A stretch of DNA of 63,553 nt, counting the filler, from Choristocarpus tenellus KU-1152 (lineage: Eukaryota > Protista > Phaeophyceae): NCBI GenBank assembly GCA_964200185.2. It is 9 parts of 9 records of this genome, joined end to end, with 100 filler letters (N's around TTAATTAATTAA, not from the genome) between each part and the next. Parts side by side here need not be neighbours in the genome. Positions count along the whole stretch, not along the records: positions 24,488 to 29,513 come from CAXNAD020012125.1; positions 29,614 to 34,034 come from CAXNAD020014631.1; positions 34,135 to 46,694 come from CAXNAD020001790.1; 6 more parts are not named here. One strand, given 5' to 3'. Position numbers and translations under genes: made by a program. Positions 26,357 to 40,100 of the stretch are shown here, in pieces. The notes beneath the pieces were generated by a model. That model did not search any database, was not told the origin of the DNA, and saw only the letters and a list, made by a program, of their open reading frames with translations. Numbering within the stretch: position 1 is the stretch's first letter; every line of letters begins with the position of its first letter.

Positions 26357-27602
26357 TATACGCATTTGTAAAAAACGCAAAATTTTGCTCATATTTTCCA
26401 CCATCCATCAAATGCAACTCTGGGTACCTCTCGTGTAGATCGACTCTGGAGTGGTGTAGGTGTAATAATATATGCTTTGGATGGAGTGTTATGGGCGTAA
26501 CATAATGTTGGCATTTCAACGTAACATAGGTTATGTCGTGGTGTCAAACATAGAGACGTACCGTTTATCTTGTACCGTAACGCTTTTGTGTTAAACAGAC
26601 TCAAAGTATCTGGGGAGGGTGGCCGCTGTCCATTTGGGACCAATTTTTCATGTCGCAATTTTTGGGCGTTTTGGTTCCATACGTTGGATGGATAATGAAA
26701 GTGCACTTTTCCTGGTTTTGGTCGAAATGGACACCCTGGTGGAGACCCCCCCCCCCCCCCCCCCCCCCCCTTGCCGTTTTTTTTTTAAAAAAATTATTTT
26801 TTTTGTAATTGAAAAAAAAGTGGGGAGGGTGGGTTTTTTTGTNNNNNNNNNNTTGATTCCAATCGGTGGACTATTAATTAAAGAGCCATTTTTCTGTGTT
26901 GTGTCGAAATGGGACCCCTGGGGGAGTCCCCCCCCCCCCCCCCAGATACTTTGGGTCACATTATTGAAAAACATTTGATTTTGTGAATGACAAGAACGCA
27001 ATGGTGGTAAGTGTATTTGCTTGCATAGTTCATTGACTGAGGGGATCTATCTAACATTCACAACTACTATTTTATGTCATGGTAAGGAAAGGGAGGAAAA
27101 CAACATACTCGATTACACATCTCCATTGCACATCACCATATTCAACCACAAATTACACAACTTCTTATAAAACAAAATACATTTAAAAGGATACATTTTG
27201 TACTCATCATACGAGCCAAAACAAGTGAGAGGCAGGCAGTTTTGAACCCTTCTGTATTTCAAGCCATCTTTCTTACCCTTTGCAATGCACTCTATTTAAT
27301 TGATTCATGTGTACAATAGTGTGCGCAAAATTGATACTCACCTTTCCGCACAAAAAGCGACACCGCATTTCAGCAAACGATCTTTCTGTAACGGTACGAA
27401 ATTGCACATTTTTGCCCTTTCTCGGGCATCCTTAAAATGCGACCGTGCCTACCTCTTAGTTAGTTTGACTCATAAGTTGCACATTTTGATCTGGAGTGTA
27501 ATGGGCGCAACGTCGTAGTAGGCAGTCTTCATACTATCATTAGTAATTGTGTACTGGTGGGTAGGGGACCAAAATCCAACGTTACGATTTTGATGTAATT
27601 TT

Positions 27603-28109
27603 GAGCCAAAGTGTCTTAGAAGGGTAGAGCCGAGTCCATTTGGGGAACAAAATTCAATGTTACGATTGAGTGAAAGCATCTTAGAGGGTACGAGTTTTAC
27701 CCAGTTTGTCCATTTGGGGCTTGGCTTCTCACGGGTTTTGAATAACATTTTATCTACTCCAAAATGTTTCGTAGTAGGCAAAATGTGTAAGTTATGAAAA
27801 GGAGTATCCAGAAAACAAGGATATTAACATCTCCTAACAAACATGATAGTCAAAATAACACCAAAATTGCAACATTGGATTTTGGCTCCCAAATGGACGC
27901 GGCTCTACCCTCTAAGGTAATTTGACTCGATTTTGATGTAATTTTGGCTATCATGTCTGTTAGGAAGTGTAAATATCCATGTTCTGGACGCACCCTTTCA
28001 TAACGTATACATTTTACTGACTCTGAAACTTTTTGGAGTAGGAAAATATTTAAAAGAAACATATTGGACAAACACAGCAAAACTCGTACCCTCTAAGATA
28101 CTTTCACTC
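27603..28109 (-). mobile_element. MITE family B outer copy, split by a nested copy
   Basis: Starts gagccaaagtgtcttaga at 27603, is interrupted at 27668, resumes at 27929 and ends ctctaagatactttcactc; colinear with 45158-45413. Confidence 0.85.
27668..27928 (+). mobile_element. MITE family B (~260 bp; GAG..CTC ends), 4-bp TSD GATT
   Basis: gatt|gagtgaaagcatcttagagggtac...ctctaaggtaatttgactc|gatt. Confidence 0.9.
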
Positions 28110-28139
28110 TTGGTATTAGTAGATATGGATAATAGGATA

Positions 28140-28420
28140 CCAAACAATATTTTTTCAATATACTTCCTGGATGAGCTGACAAATCGCATGGTAGGAGGGA
28201 GAGGAGCGGGAGGATACTGCCGGAAAGGAGTAGTTAAATCCAGGCTACGCCAAATTGTTTCGGTGACTACTACGCAAGTGGCATTATCTCGACGTGTCAT
28301 GCGCTTCAAATTAGAGTCACCAGGGAGATGGGCATGGAGGGGTCTGTTGGATTCTTGGGTTTCCTCCCTACCTCCCCCCCCTGGGGCACAGGAGTAGGTA
28401 GATGGGAAGCACAGGAAGAC
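28140..28420 (+). mobile_element. 3' fragment of a REL-type non-LTR retrotransposon
   Basis: FLDELTNRMVGG...RKGVVKSRLRQIVSVTTTQVALSRRVMRFKL resembles C-termini of REL-bearing elements (recognised from memory; needs a search). Confidence 0.45.
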
Positions 28421-28539
28421 AGTAGTACAATATTTTATAGTGATGAAGAAACTGATAGATTAGTGGTGGTTTCCAGACTTACAATGTTTTATAGTGTTCT
28501 TACGTTTAGGACATGTTATTTCTTTAGGGCTAATAACGA

Positions 28540-28921
28540 CATATGTATAGTTTTCATTGATTTTTCCCCTGACACATCTGCAAAATGTCAGAGGGCAAAA
28601 TAATAAATAATATACTTGTTCATAAACGTAAAACGTGAAACTCTTGATACGTTGGGCGAACACCACCCTACTCGTTACAACCTAGAATTGCTTTTCATTG
28701 GCCCAGAAAGGAAGCTTAGGTTGAAGGTAGAGATCATACTCTCTTCTACCCACCATTAGAGAATTTCATTTTTAATATCTAGCTCGAATGAAACCAATCA
28801 TAATTCCTCAGTATTGATACCGATTCTGGTGATCATGAAGATGTAATATTATTTTTATTATTATGCCCTTTGACATTTTGCAGATGTGTCAGGGGGGAAA
28901 CAAATGAAAACTATACATGTT
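28540..28921. mobile_element. ~380-bp element with ~78-bp terminal inverted repeats
   Basis: atgtatagttttcatt...cccctgacacatctgcaaaatgtca.agggca (28543-28600) is mirrored at 28863-28918. Confidence 0.8.
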
Positions 28922-29613
28922 ATAGATATTGTATATCTTTCCTTCATGTTTGCATTCTCCAGTCTTTTTTTGTACAACTTACGAAGGTTCTCCTGCTCAC
29001 TCAGGTGAGCTAGTGCTTAATCATGTGTCGTGTCTTGGGTCGAACTCCTGGTGTGTCAGTTATCACTTACTGCAATGAACGAGTACACTTCTACAAAACC
29101 TGACTGTGGAGGAAGATGGTCAACTTCAACAACAATTATGACTAACAACGGAACACACATATATATAGTATATATGCAAAGGAGGATAGCCACCGCCTTT
29201 GCATACTTTAAAACATCATAATAATTCCACCCATCTATCTGAATGTTTCAAACCACAATACTTTTAACCTGCATTTTCAATCAAACATTTGACTGACTGT
29301 AAGTCGATGACCCCAAACCAATGGTTTAAAGCAAATATATTTCCTACACGAGGTACATCACCGGTCACTGTAAAACTCACTAACACTCTTTGCTTCAAAA
29401 ATACAATAATCATAACACCCAAACTTTGAACAATTGTAATCTGACCTAAAGTATCTGGGGGGGCGGGGAGGGGTCCACCCCAGGGTGCTTTTTTGGCCTA
29501 AAAGCAGCAAAGGNNNNNNNNNNNNNNNNNNNNNNNNNNNNNNNNNNNNNNNNNNNNTTAATTAATTAANNNNNNNNNNNNNNNNNNNNNNNNNNNNNNN
29601 NNNNNNNNNNNNN

Positions 29614-32600
29614 ATCTGGCTTTTGTCGCCTGCATCTCCCCCTATGTTGCCCCCTCACCAGCCCGCCAACAATGATGCGCTGGAGCTTTCTACCAATGAC
29701 GCTTCGGCGACCGGCACCAAGCTTCGCCGAGGATGGGCTGAACCCATTCTGGTCAACGAACAGGGTGACTGCTGCAAGCACTTAGCCTGTGTGAAGAAGT
29801 TCGCGGCAGATAGCAAGTCCTTCCTTGCACGATGTTGGCCAAAGAGCAGGACATCATCCAGGCGTGAGAACCGCCGCGATCGCAAGCACTTCGTTGGCGA
29901 CCGTGTACCTGTGATTAAGTTGGGACCTGGAGGCGGATCTATGCTCGCGGCCGGCATTCCTGTCTGTATGCAGTTTTTCAAGGCATCGTTTGGGATATCC
30001 AATCATGTCATCGACACTTGCAAAGGCACACCTAACGCAAGAGCATCCACCAGAGTGGAGAGGTGGGTTTGATGTATGTATACAGTGTTTTTTGTACCCG
30101 GTATATTTTCCCCCCTACTTGATGATTGAACAGTAGTCCTATCTCAGAACAATGTAATCCAGCCGTACTCACCACATTCACTTAGCAGTTACCACGCCTA
30201 GATGTCTGATATTCAAAGTTAGAGATCCCTCCAGTGTGGAGTTATGTGTTACCTATGTGTGTATATGCACGTGCAATATGTTTTTTTATGCTTCAACATT
30301 ATCATTTCATCCGGCCGTCCCCGTGCTGCTGCAGCAGCTACCACACGTAAATATATACAGAATTAGAGATCCCCTGCTGGCATACGATCCCTCTATGTTT
30401 CCATCCCCCGTCCCTTGTATCCTCCTTCAACACATCTCCCATCCATTTATATACATACGTGCGCTACTGCAACAGGAACGGCACGAACAAAGATAAGGGC
30501 ATGGCTCCGAAGCGAGACCTGGTGATGTCCTGGATAGACTACTGGGCTGATACATACGGGCAGTTCATGCCTCACAAATCCACATTTGTGATCTACGCCG
30601 CAAATAAAGAGGTAGGTTTTGCCCTTGGTTGTGGAGAGGTTGGCCGCACCCTGTGTTGGAGTTAGTCGCAAACCGTGTGACCCAGCAGTACGTAGAAGAG
30701 GTGGATCGAAGTAGTATTTCGAGTGGTGGATGTTTACTACTTTAACCGGTCTGATGTTGTGGTTAAAAGAACATGTGAAGATTTGTACCAAGGTCTATTT
30801 TTTTCGTTTGCTATGTCGAGACTATAATGTTGATGATGATACTCTTCGTCGCTTTTACGAAGGAAGACACAATAACTGTTATTTCAACGGCGTGTACACC
30901 TACTCTGCGGCCCCGAGCCCGGTCTGACATTGGTAGCAATAGTGTGTACTTCGTATGTCTAAAGCGCTTCACGATGAAGATGATGATGATGGTAGATTCG
31001 CCTCCTTTGCCGCTTCTGCAAACGGCAGCGAGGCCCGAACAGAATGACGCTCCTGGAAGATTTACGAAGATCATTGTATTTGCTCTTTCGTAACGCATGA
31101 TGTAAGCTTGCTTGATCCTGTCTTCCGCGTTCTCAGTCAAGCTATTGGTCAGCCCGTCTTTGAGAGATCTTGCAGAGGTTTTCTTCGAGTTTTCCTTCTC
31201 AATAACTCCTCACTTGCCCACACAACCAACATTCTTAATTAGGAGCTATACAAGGATTTTTGCAAAGAGGCAATACGGGTGTATCCTGACGACCCTTTCA
31301 AGCGGGTAAGCAGGGCGCACTTCCTCCGATTGCTCAGAGAGGACAGGCCCAACATCAGGGTGATGGTAGGAGGCGAGGTTATGAAATGTGACATATGTGT
31401 CACGTTAAAAGAGAAGCGGCACGGTGCGCCTGGTGTAAAACCCATGAACGACTCCACCGTCCTCGAGTCCGTTGACAAGGAGCTGTCAGACCATCGAGAG
31501 GTAAGTGTCCAGCGTTAATTTTGCGACAAGCGTACAGTGGCAACATGTCGCCGTCATTGCCCTCCATTGGGAAGAACATCTGTTGCCTTTTGCGAATGAA
31601 GACTCCCACGCAGGTGCTTATGGCAGCAGCAGCAGCCTCACTCACCGCAAAAATGTTGTTATTACCTGCCCAAACACCTTGTATGATAGACTGCTTCCTG
31701 GTCGTCTGCAACGGGCTGTGGGAGGGACAGGTCATGTAGCGGTAATCCGGCCCCGTACGTACATACTTCCTATCATCCCAATAATACTGTGTTTGTATTG
31801 AACGCAGCAATTAAAAACATATCCAAAGACAAACATTTATTGTTTCCTACACTCCATTTTTGTTACTAACCCGACACGTGTTAACAAGTGGCCATTTTTT
31901 ATTTTATTTACGGACGTGATGTCACTCTCTCCCATTCGCTAGATTATCCAAGCGGATTGGCTGGTCGTCGCCAACAGCACCAGCAGCGCCATGCGGGCCA
32001 AAGCCGACGGCAAACCTCTCGACTTCGTGTTCATGTCCGTAGACGCCGCGAACCAGACAGCACACGCCCTCCCAGCACTTTACCCACCTACCCACTGCGG
32101 TGACAGGTAACCACACGCACGCATAGTCCATCTGACAACAAGTTTGCAGCCGCACGCGGAACAGAATAGACGACCCTGTTTTATTCTACGAATGAGTGCA
32201 AAGTCCCAAGAAATAACCGCCAAAACAGACGCACATAATTCCACTACCTATTCCATTCATCATGATGGCGACGCACCGTGGAACCTTTCTTTACACGTTT
32301 CTTTGGATCATGTCCTTCGTATCAGGGGCTACTCCGAGCGCCAGAAGATCATGGCCGCACACGTCAAAGGCCAGTTCGCGGAGGTGTTCTTCACTCCTAT
32401 CAGTCTTGGAGGAGGTACGTATTGTGGGTCGTGGCAAACTATCACAAGACGGAATAGATGCTGGTTGTGCACGCACCACTTGATTTACCGTTGTGTCGAG
32501 TGGACCTGCTGTAGATTAGATACCCAAGGACGAGTACATTCTTACACGATGTGCCTACAGATACCGCAGGCCTAGTGAACAGTCGATTAACTGATGATGC

Positions 32601-34034
32601 GCTGTGCTCCCCTGCCCTCCTACGCCTCAGCCTAGGGTTAGGGCGAGAGGAGCGTAAGAGCTAATCAACGAGGAGGAAAACCCACAGACATGTATATCAG
32701 TCATTTGGGTGTATGTGCTTTACATTGCAAAAGCAAATTCCATTACCCTTCTTTTTAGTTCCAATTAAACAATGCGTAAGTAAGCAGAGTACTATTTGCC
32801 AATTAACGACGGACATCATCGTTCGCGCAGGTTGTAACCTTGTCTGCACAGCCACCCACCTTGCCCTGACAAGGCTTGTTGAAAAGTACCACAACAGCCT
32901 CGATCACGTGAGGAGTTCCATCGTCCAGCATGCGGATTGGCAGGTAAGAAAGCTTCATCTTGACACGACCTACTCAACACATACTCGCTGAATACCGGTC
33001 ACCAAGTAACTAACTGCACGGTCTTTAGTTTTGGTTTGTGTGTTGCAACCCGCATGTATGATAGCAGTGATGTAGAGCTTGCGATCTAGCCGTGGAGGAA
33101 CATACCCTGTTCCTCCACGAAACGCCGCGAAATGGGCTGACATATCGGCCTCACACCTATCCCCTCCCTCGCTCCCAACTCCCCAAACTTGCCAGGTCGA
33201 CAACTGCGTCTCAGAGAACAAGAACAATTTCTTTCTCGGATATGCGGGGCTGTTGGTCGCGGCGAGTGTCATTCGTGTCGTCGAGATACATTTTATGATG
33301 GTGGGGCACACGCACATCTAAATCGATCAGACCTTCTCCAGGTAATTAGGCAAGATATACAAGTGCGATAGCCACATAGTGTTTTGATACGTTCAGATAC
33401 TGCCTTGAGGCTTGCAGCTCACACTTGTTGCATCCATGGAAGGTTTATGATCATACACTGTAATTGATTGATTGGCTTTTGATTTCCCCACCAAAAAATT
33501 GAATGATAAGAGCATCTGCCAAGAAATTTTCGTAACCTACTCTCAGAACAAAACAATACAAAAATGCACGCATCGCCCCTTTTCACATCTATACTTCCAT
33601 ATACATGCATCGGAGCATGTGCCTGCATATATACATTGCTTCTCCACTTCGTTTCTTTCGCCCCCGCCTCGAAATTAACTTCCTTGCATTTCACCTTCAG
33701 GTTCTCACGTGGTATAAAAGGGAAAAACATATTCACAAGAACACAGCTGGGTGAAGAGCTGCAGGCCTCTTACACCGAGGTTCCAGTATACTGCAAGACC
33801 CTACGGAACGAGGGAAACTTCAAGGGACTCCTTAGCGGTCGCGTCAACCGTGTCCCCAATATCACGAGCTACAGGGCTTTTCGTGTTGAAAAATGCGGGA
33901 ATGGGCGGGTTAAGGCTAGCGTAAAGCAATACATGCACAGCACCGAATGGAGTGGGATAGACGGAGACCTTGCTATCGATCCCAACGCCCCTCCGCACGA
34001 CCTCTTCATCGGCCACCCGCCTCGTATCCAAGAT
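29614..34034 (+). mobile_element. Sola-like (DUF7869-type) DDD transposase, copy 2; at least eight exons, in-frame stop
   Basis: Phase-consistent GT-AG exons: ..30062, 30476-30611, 31243-31500 (KCDIC), 31943-32106 (FMSVDAANQTAHALP), 32326-32414, 32831-32943, 33196-33341 (VDNCVSENKN...FMMVGHTHI*IDQTFSR; TAA at 33319-33321) and 33701-gap. The D..DNCxxENKN..GHTHxxID triad is typical of Sola-related DDD transposases. Confidence 0.85.
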
Positions 34035-34739
34035 NNNNNNNNNNNNNNNNNNNNNNNNNNNNNNNNNNNNNNNNNNNNTTAATTAATTAANNNNNNNNNN
34101 NNNNNNNNNNNNNNNNNNNNNNNNNNNNNNNNNNCAGAACAATCGGTGTTCTCCCGGGGGGGGGGGGGTAGTTCATAGCTATTTCATGTAACAGTCAGGC
34201 TAGAGGTTCGCCCAGCACCGTGCCATAAGATACAAATTAACTATTTCTTCTTCAATAAGAGTTCATGCAATATCACACAGTTCCAAGTGCACTGTATGGA
34301 TATGCGTAGGTCTCTGAATAAGTGGATGTACACATGTTAAAAGTATGAGCTCCATGTAACACTTTGTTGAAGAATTAAATGAACAGTAAACTCTTGTCCT
34401 TGTTGCGATACAAAAGTCGGGGTCCAAAATCACAGCACAGAACACATATTACACAGACCCTTACTTCATTGGGAGTGATACCACCTAAGAGGAGGTGCCA
34501 TTGACTTGTAAGAAGAGCCCTTCTATTGCCTTATGATATACATGTTTGAAGTACCGTGGACGGCGATTTTGGCCAACGATAACTCAAAGCTAATTATGTT
34601 CTATAGCCACACATCCTCACAAGAGGGTTTGACATGGTCATGGTGTACATTGCAAAAGTTTCAAAAAGGTCATTGAACTTACAGGAGTCCAAAATTGACC
34701 CCCCCAAGAAGATGGTTTCACTCAAGAAGAGCAGCATTT

Positions 34740-37000
34740 CAATCATACACCTATTTCATGAAGGGACAGACTTGTCTTCAAGGCTCTTTTGAAACCAATC
34801 AAATTTGCGCAAGATCCTGAAAACATAAATAACAACGAACTAAACATTTTCCCACCAAAACCTCGACACATACCACTGCCATATTCATCTAACAAGGACT
34901 GACAAATGCCCCAGAAAAGGAGGACTATGGAGGAGAAGAGAGTCAGCCAACAAGCACCACACCCTAAACACCACCTCAAGCTCTGGACACTTTTGAGGTT
35001 ATGCGCAGCCACCGTCGCGCCGTTAATTTAAAGGAACATCTCAACACCTACTCCTAAACCGCCACTCTCACCCACAGGTAACAGTAGCAATTGAAACGCC
35101 TTCGAGGTCCTTAACAACTCTAGGCGTTTTCAACGGCTTTTCCACTGACGTCCCATGCCCAAGCTTGTGGTTTGTATTCGCCCCCCATGTCAGGAGCTTC
35201 CCTTCGGTTGTCACTTTATTGACGAGGGTGTTGGTGTTTCCAGAGAATGGTTGTTCAATCGAGCATTAGGCGTGAGAAGTTGGTCAGCACTATCGAACAC
35301 ACAACAACAACAGAGCGCTTTGTTTCAGAACGGAGTGCTACCTACGTATGAGCTTGTGAGAAAAGGGATTACTCGCCAAGTTTTACCACAGAGTTTTAGA
35401 AGAAAAGAACAGTAGAAAGGCAGTTGAATAGTGTGAAGCAAAAGCCTGTTTTTGATCAAGTAAACGGACACAGCGTTTATTCCCTGACAAAATAAAATTG
35501 CATCGGGTATGTCTGTGCCCTTTAGCTCGCTGTGTTCCACATCCCATACATTCACAGACAGTAGTCACTTGACACCCCCCAAGTTCAGCAGAGATTTTTG
35601 TGGAAGGTGCCACCAGATGCCTCATGGATGGTATGGAAAGAAAAGGAGGGGAGTACACGAAACTCATCTGCAGTGTGCCCCTCACCTGGAGGAACCACTT
35701 TTTTCCAGCAAAACAGCACAGTCACCAATGCTTCATTACAAATAGAAAATGACTGTTTCAATTATGCAAATAAAGTGGTACTTTCACAAGTAATGGAATA
35801 AGTTCAGAATTCACAGCTCAATATCATGAGGGACTCATTGGGGAAGAATCACAGGCAGGGAAGGGATGTCTCACCGAGCGCAGTGTGATCGGCACCACAG
35901 GATATATCCCGGGCCCCTGAGGTCGCATATCCTGGTAAAGTAATGGGAGTAAGCTCACTGTAAGGGTCAAACCCGAGCATTCCCTCCTGTACTTGGAAGG
36001 AGGTTTGAAACAGTGCGGAAGTTGGGTGGGTTAGGTCTACAGAAAAGAGTATGGTGGGATTCCGTCTCCCATACAGGCCCTGCAAGAAGCGGAGGGTTAT
36101 GTACATCATAGCGAAAGATCTGTGGTGCAATTCTTCCATGTATTCGTCCTTCCTTATCAAAGCCAGGGGTGACTGCAATATAACCATAAACTCTGCAAGT
36201 GAACTCACCGCTTTGAAGGGAACGCCAAGCTGCCCAACACCTCCTCTCCCCCAGATGCGCACTCCATATCCATTGTTGATGTCAGGGGGCGGGGGTGTGG
36301 GGGGGGACGAGAAGCAACGCCTAAGCCCCGGGCGACGGACCCTGTCATTGCTAAAATGGAGTTGAAAATGGGCAAACGCTTGAGGTCAGCGCCTGATGTG
36401 GACTTGGTGGGATGCACTACTTGGGTGGGGTAAGCTGGGCAAGTAGATCACAGAAACTGCCTCAATTCAAAATACAGATAACAGGCTTCTATAGACTCAC
36501 CGTATTCTGGGATGAGAAGGGGGAATCGAGAAGGACCATCCCTGAGCGATCCTGAAATCAAAGTTGATGTGGGGGCGATGGGGTGATGAGAGCAAGGGAT
36601 GACAAGTTTGAATTGCCACTGGCTTTTGCCGACGATATATTGGTGTCATATGGGTTTCTGTCAGGGAAGGAGAGAAGGAGTCATGACCATGAGCCATTAA
36701 TTGCAACAAGCTGGATGGGAAAAGAGCAAGCCTCGTTAGGTTAGCAAGGTCCGATGGAACGTCATTCAAGGTACTACATACCCACCACTGGGACGCCTTC
36801 GCTTGCAACGGTCGAGAGGCCATTTGCTTCGCCGTGGCGACTATCGCAGCCATGATAACTAAGTCGCGGCAGTTTGGCTGCGCAACGAGCGGGCATGTGG
36901 TGTAATGGAACTTGCAAGTGTCCACATCCAAACAGATACCCCCGCGCGCAAGGGGTGCCACGCGCATATATAACTGCCAAAAAACGATTTTTTTTTTATG
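34740..37000 (-). mobile_element. Decayed CRE-like non-LTR retrotransposon
   Basis: Ordered relics QLGV (~36230), LLLPVGESGGLGV (~35070; cf. LPxRxGGLG), GCGACWL (~34950) and a zinc knuckle ICQSLLDEYGSGMCRGFGG (~34860-34910). Confidence 0.65.
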
Positions 37001-37172
37001 TGACGAAGAGGTGAACCCCTGACGCACAGACTCCCTACACCCTACATCACTTTTGTGGGTCCTTTTTCTGTGGGAGTGTCTTACACGCTGGACAACTGTA
37101 GATTGAAAACTCTTCTCGTTCGACTTCGTGCTCATTCTCTGCTCTGTTTTCACATACAACAGTGTATTTCGG

Positions 37173-40100
37173 ATGACTAGCTTCTGTTCTGGCGACCTGG
37201 CATCAGGGGAAGGATGGGAAGCGAATATCGCTCGGCTGATTGAACGGGCAAATGCTCATCTCGAGGGAAAGAGTCGGTGGGAGATCTTTCGGTGTTTGGT
37301 GGGTTTTCGAAAAGAAAGTTAAAGCATCTGCAATCAGTGCGCGTCTAGTTGTGATCCCTTTGTTGTTGTCAAAATAGAAATGGTGCGTAGCCATGATTTT
37401 CGCTGCCAATATATTTAGACCACAAACATGGACTTCTTCGGTAGGTGACCTATTTTGTATTCTTGGCGCGTCATTTTACCAACATCTGACTATCGGGAGC
37501 TCAGACCTACCTCTCTCATCCGATTGGAACCCCATGGATAATCCCGAACACCACACAACAATAAAGGGCTTCGCGTTCCCGCGACAATCCTGCCGCAAAT
37601 CACTTCGCAATAGATCCTGGGGTGAAGGGGTCCAGTGTGACTTCTACCTTCCCACCACCTCTGTCGAGACCTGTGGAAATCCGTCTGTACGAAGAGAGAC
37701 TGAAGAACGTGGAAGGGAAGGTAAGATTTTGGATATCGAAATGCTTGAAACTAGACAATAAAGTTTGCACTTGACCAAAAAAAATATTGTCATGATCAGG
37801 GCTAACCCTAGCCCAAACCCTAGCTCTCGCCGTAGCTCCAGTGGTAGCTCCAGACCTCAGCTGGAGCTCGTCAATCGAATCAAACCCACACTGCAGGTAA
37901 ACTGCAGGGATTGTGGTACCGATATCGATATAGATATCGATGCTGATAACGATACGGACACTGATACTGCAGGGATACTGTATAGAAGAATTGAAGACCA
38001 CCAATAGTACTTTACATGTGATTAGTACTACATACGACAAGACCCCACAAATCAATACGGTCGGTATGCTGTCATTGTACCAGCCAACCTCCCTCACCTA
38101 GCAGGAATTTTTCAACCTGACACCAGACCCATCCACAGAATCACAATTATCGTTTCAACTGCCCAGTCTAATCTCTGTCTATGCCCATTTGGTGCAGTGA
38201 TAATTCATTCATTCTAGGCAGGCTCCACCTTGATCCATGACATTGGGATGCCCTCATAATATATTTGAGCTCCACAATTATATCATCAGACAATGGAAGC
38301 TTTAGAGCAGGGATGTCTCCTAGGTTAATATCTCCAAAATGTTTTTTCTTTGACTCTTTGCTAACATTAACCTTGTCAGAGGCATCATTGTGGAGCAAGA
38401 CCAGAGGATCTTTGCCGTTATTTATTTCAGGAGAGTGAAAGTATCTTAGAGGGTACGAATTTTGTCCTCTTTGTCCATGGGGGGCTTGGCTTCCCATGGG
38501 TTTTTATTGACATTTTACCTACTTCAAAATGTTTCGTAGTAGCTAAAATGTATACGTTATGACAAAGAGTGTCCAGACAAGGATATTGACATCTCCTAAC
38601 AAACATGATAGTCAAAATTACTCCAAAATTGCGACATTGGATTTTCGTCTCCAAATGGACGCGGCTGTACCCTCTAAGATACTTTGGCTCAGGATCAAGA
38701 GTGCAGTTGATCTACTTTGCTGGTGAAGGGTTTTAGTTGCATACAGCCTACAACCAGAATACAATATATCTCCCCACATCAGATGTTCACTCTTATAGTC
38801 TGGATTAGAAGGATCCTCGTTGTATTTGGTCATCCAGCTTGACCCAAAGCCTAGAGTATGTCTCATGCAATACATCGCCCTGTGATGTATATATTGTGGC
38901 GGCAATCCCAACATACTCCACATTATGAGGTAACCTATTTTAGATGGGTGTGTCACTGAGTATTTGGCGTCCTGGTGATGACCCTCTGGCACATGTCCTT
39001 TTAGCACTCTTAAAGGCAATTCCACACCAATGTGGACAAAGGTTAGCCATCTTTGGTCGGCACAACCTCAGAAGGGAGGTTATCTACCTGTATTTCAGGC
39101 ATGGGAATGGTGTGTCAGGCAAAAGATATATCAAATCCTAAATCATCCGAAGAGCCTATATTGACCCCCTTCTATTGTGATGACTCTCCATGCTGTATGC
39201 TCAAACCCACCCAAGTCTTGTTGATACCATGAGCAAATCCTGTGCCAATACCACGATACTACCAAAAATTGCCCTGCTTATTACCTGCTCCAGTTGGCTG
39301 AGTGTACAGCTGGACCAGTGCAGGCTGTGGGCCTACTTCGAGCAGACGTCGAAGATCTAGTCCAGGGAATGTTAACGCTCAAGGAGGGTGCACTTGAAGC
39401 CCAGCAAGTTGCCAAGGCACAAACCATGACACTTGATACACTTAGAGTCAATGCAGAGTGCACCAGGTAACACTTTTTCCACCCTCCCTCCATTCTCCTC
39501 TCATGTTAAACTCCGTAGTTCACTTCTGTCAATGAAGTGCACCCTCAAGAGTAGCTCACTCATATCCAATGCCCAGCAGCAGTCCTTCTTCCTATACTGC
39601 TCTCTCTGCTTCGACTCTGCAACCTAACTCAACTACTCTGGGCTGTACCACCTCATTCTTGACCTTGGGTAGGAATGCTGTTGCTCATCTCGAGGGATGG
39701 CGTGAAGAACACAACAGGTGGCGCAAGAGCGTCGATGTCTCACTGGCCGGACTTAAAGATGAGGCCAGAATACTGGGGAGGCGCAGTGAAAGTCAGCAGG
39801 CCACTCTGGGAGAAAGGGTTACCGCATCAGACCTCCAGGGGGCTGTAGACAGTGCACGTTTGTCTGCATCCAGTGCTGTTATTTCTGCCATGACACCGCT
39901 GCAGGCAAGAACCTCTTCACGCACATCTATTCCACTCTAACGTCCTATGTTCTGAATACATGGCTTCCTACACACTCCACATTGATTGGAAAGGTTTGTT
40001 TTGCACAGTCTGGGCCCATATAACAAGCTGTTCATTCCTGCAGACTCAAGGCATCAGTCATGTAAGCTGAAAGCACAAGAGAGAGAGAGAGAGAGAGAGA

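Noticed and set aside
30811-31200. Antisense ORF in transposase intron 2, similar in both copies
   Set aside because: Similarity is expected between element copies, the frame is not intact in copy 1, and no motif was recognised.
33319-33321. In-frame TAA next to the catalytic motif as stop-codon reassignment or readthrough
   Set aside because: The three host genes show no internal stops, and the element copies carry other lesions such as frameshifts; ordinary decay explains it.
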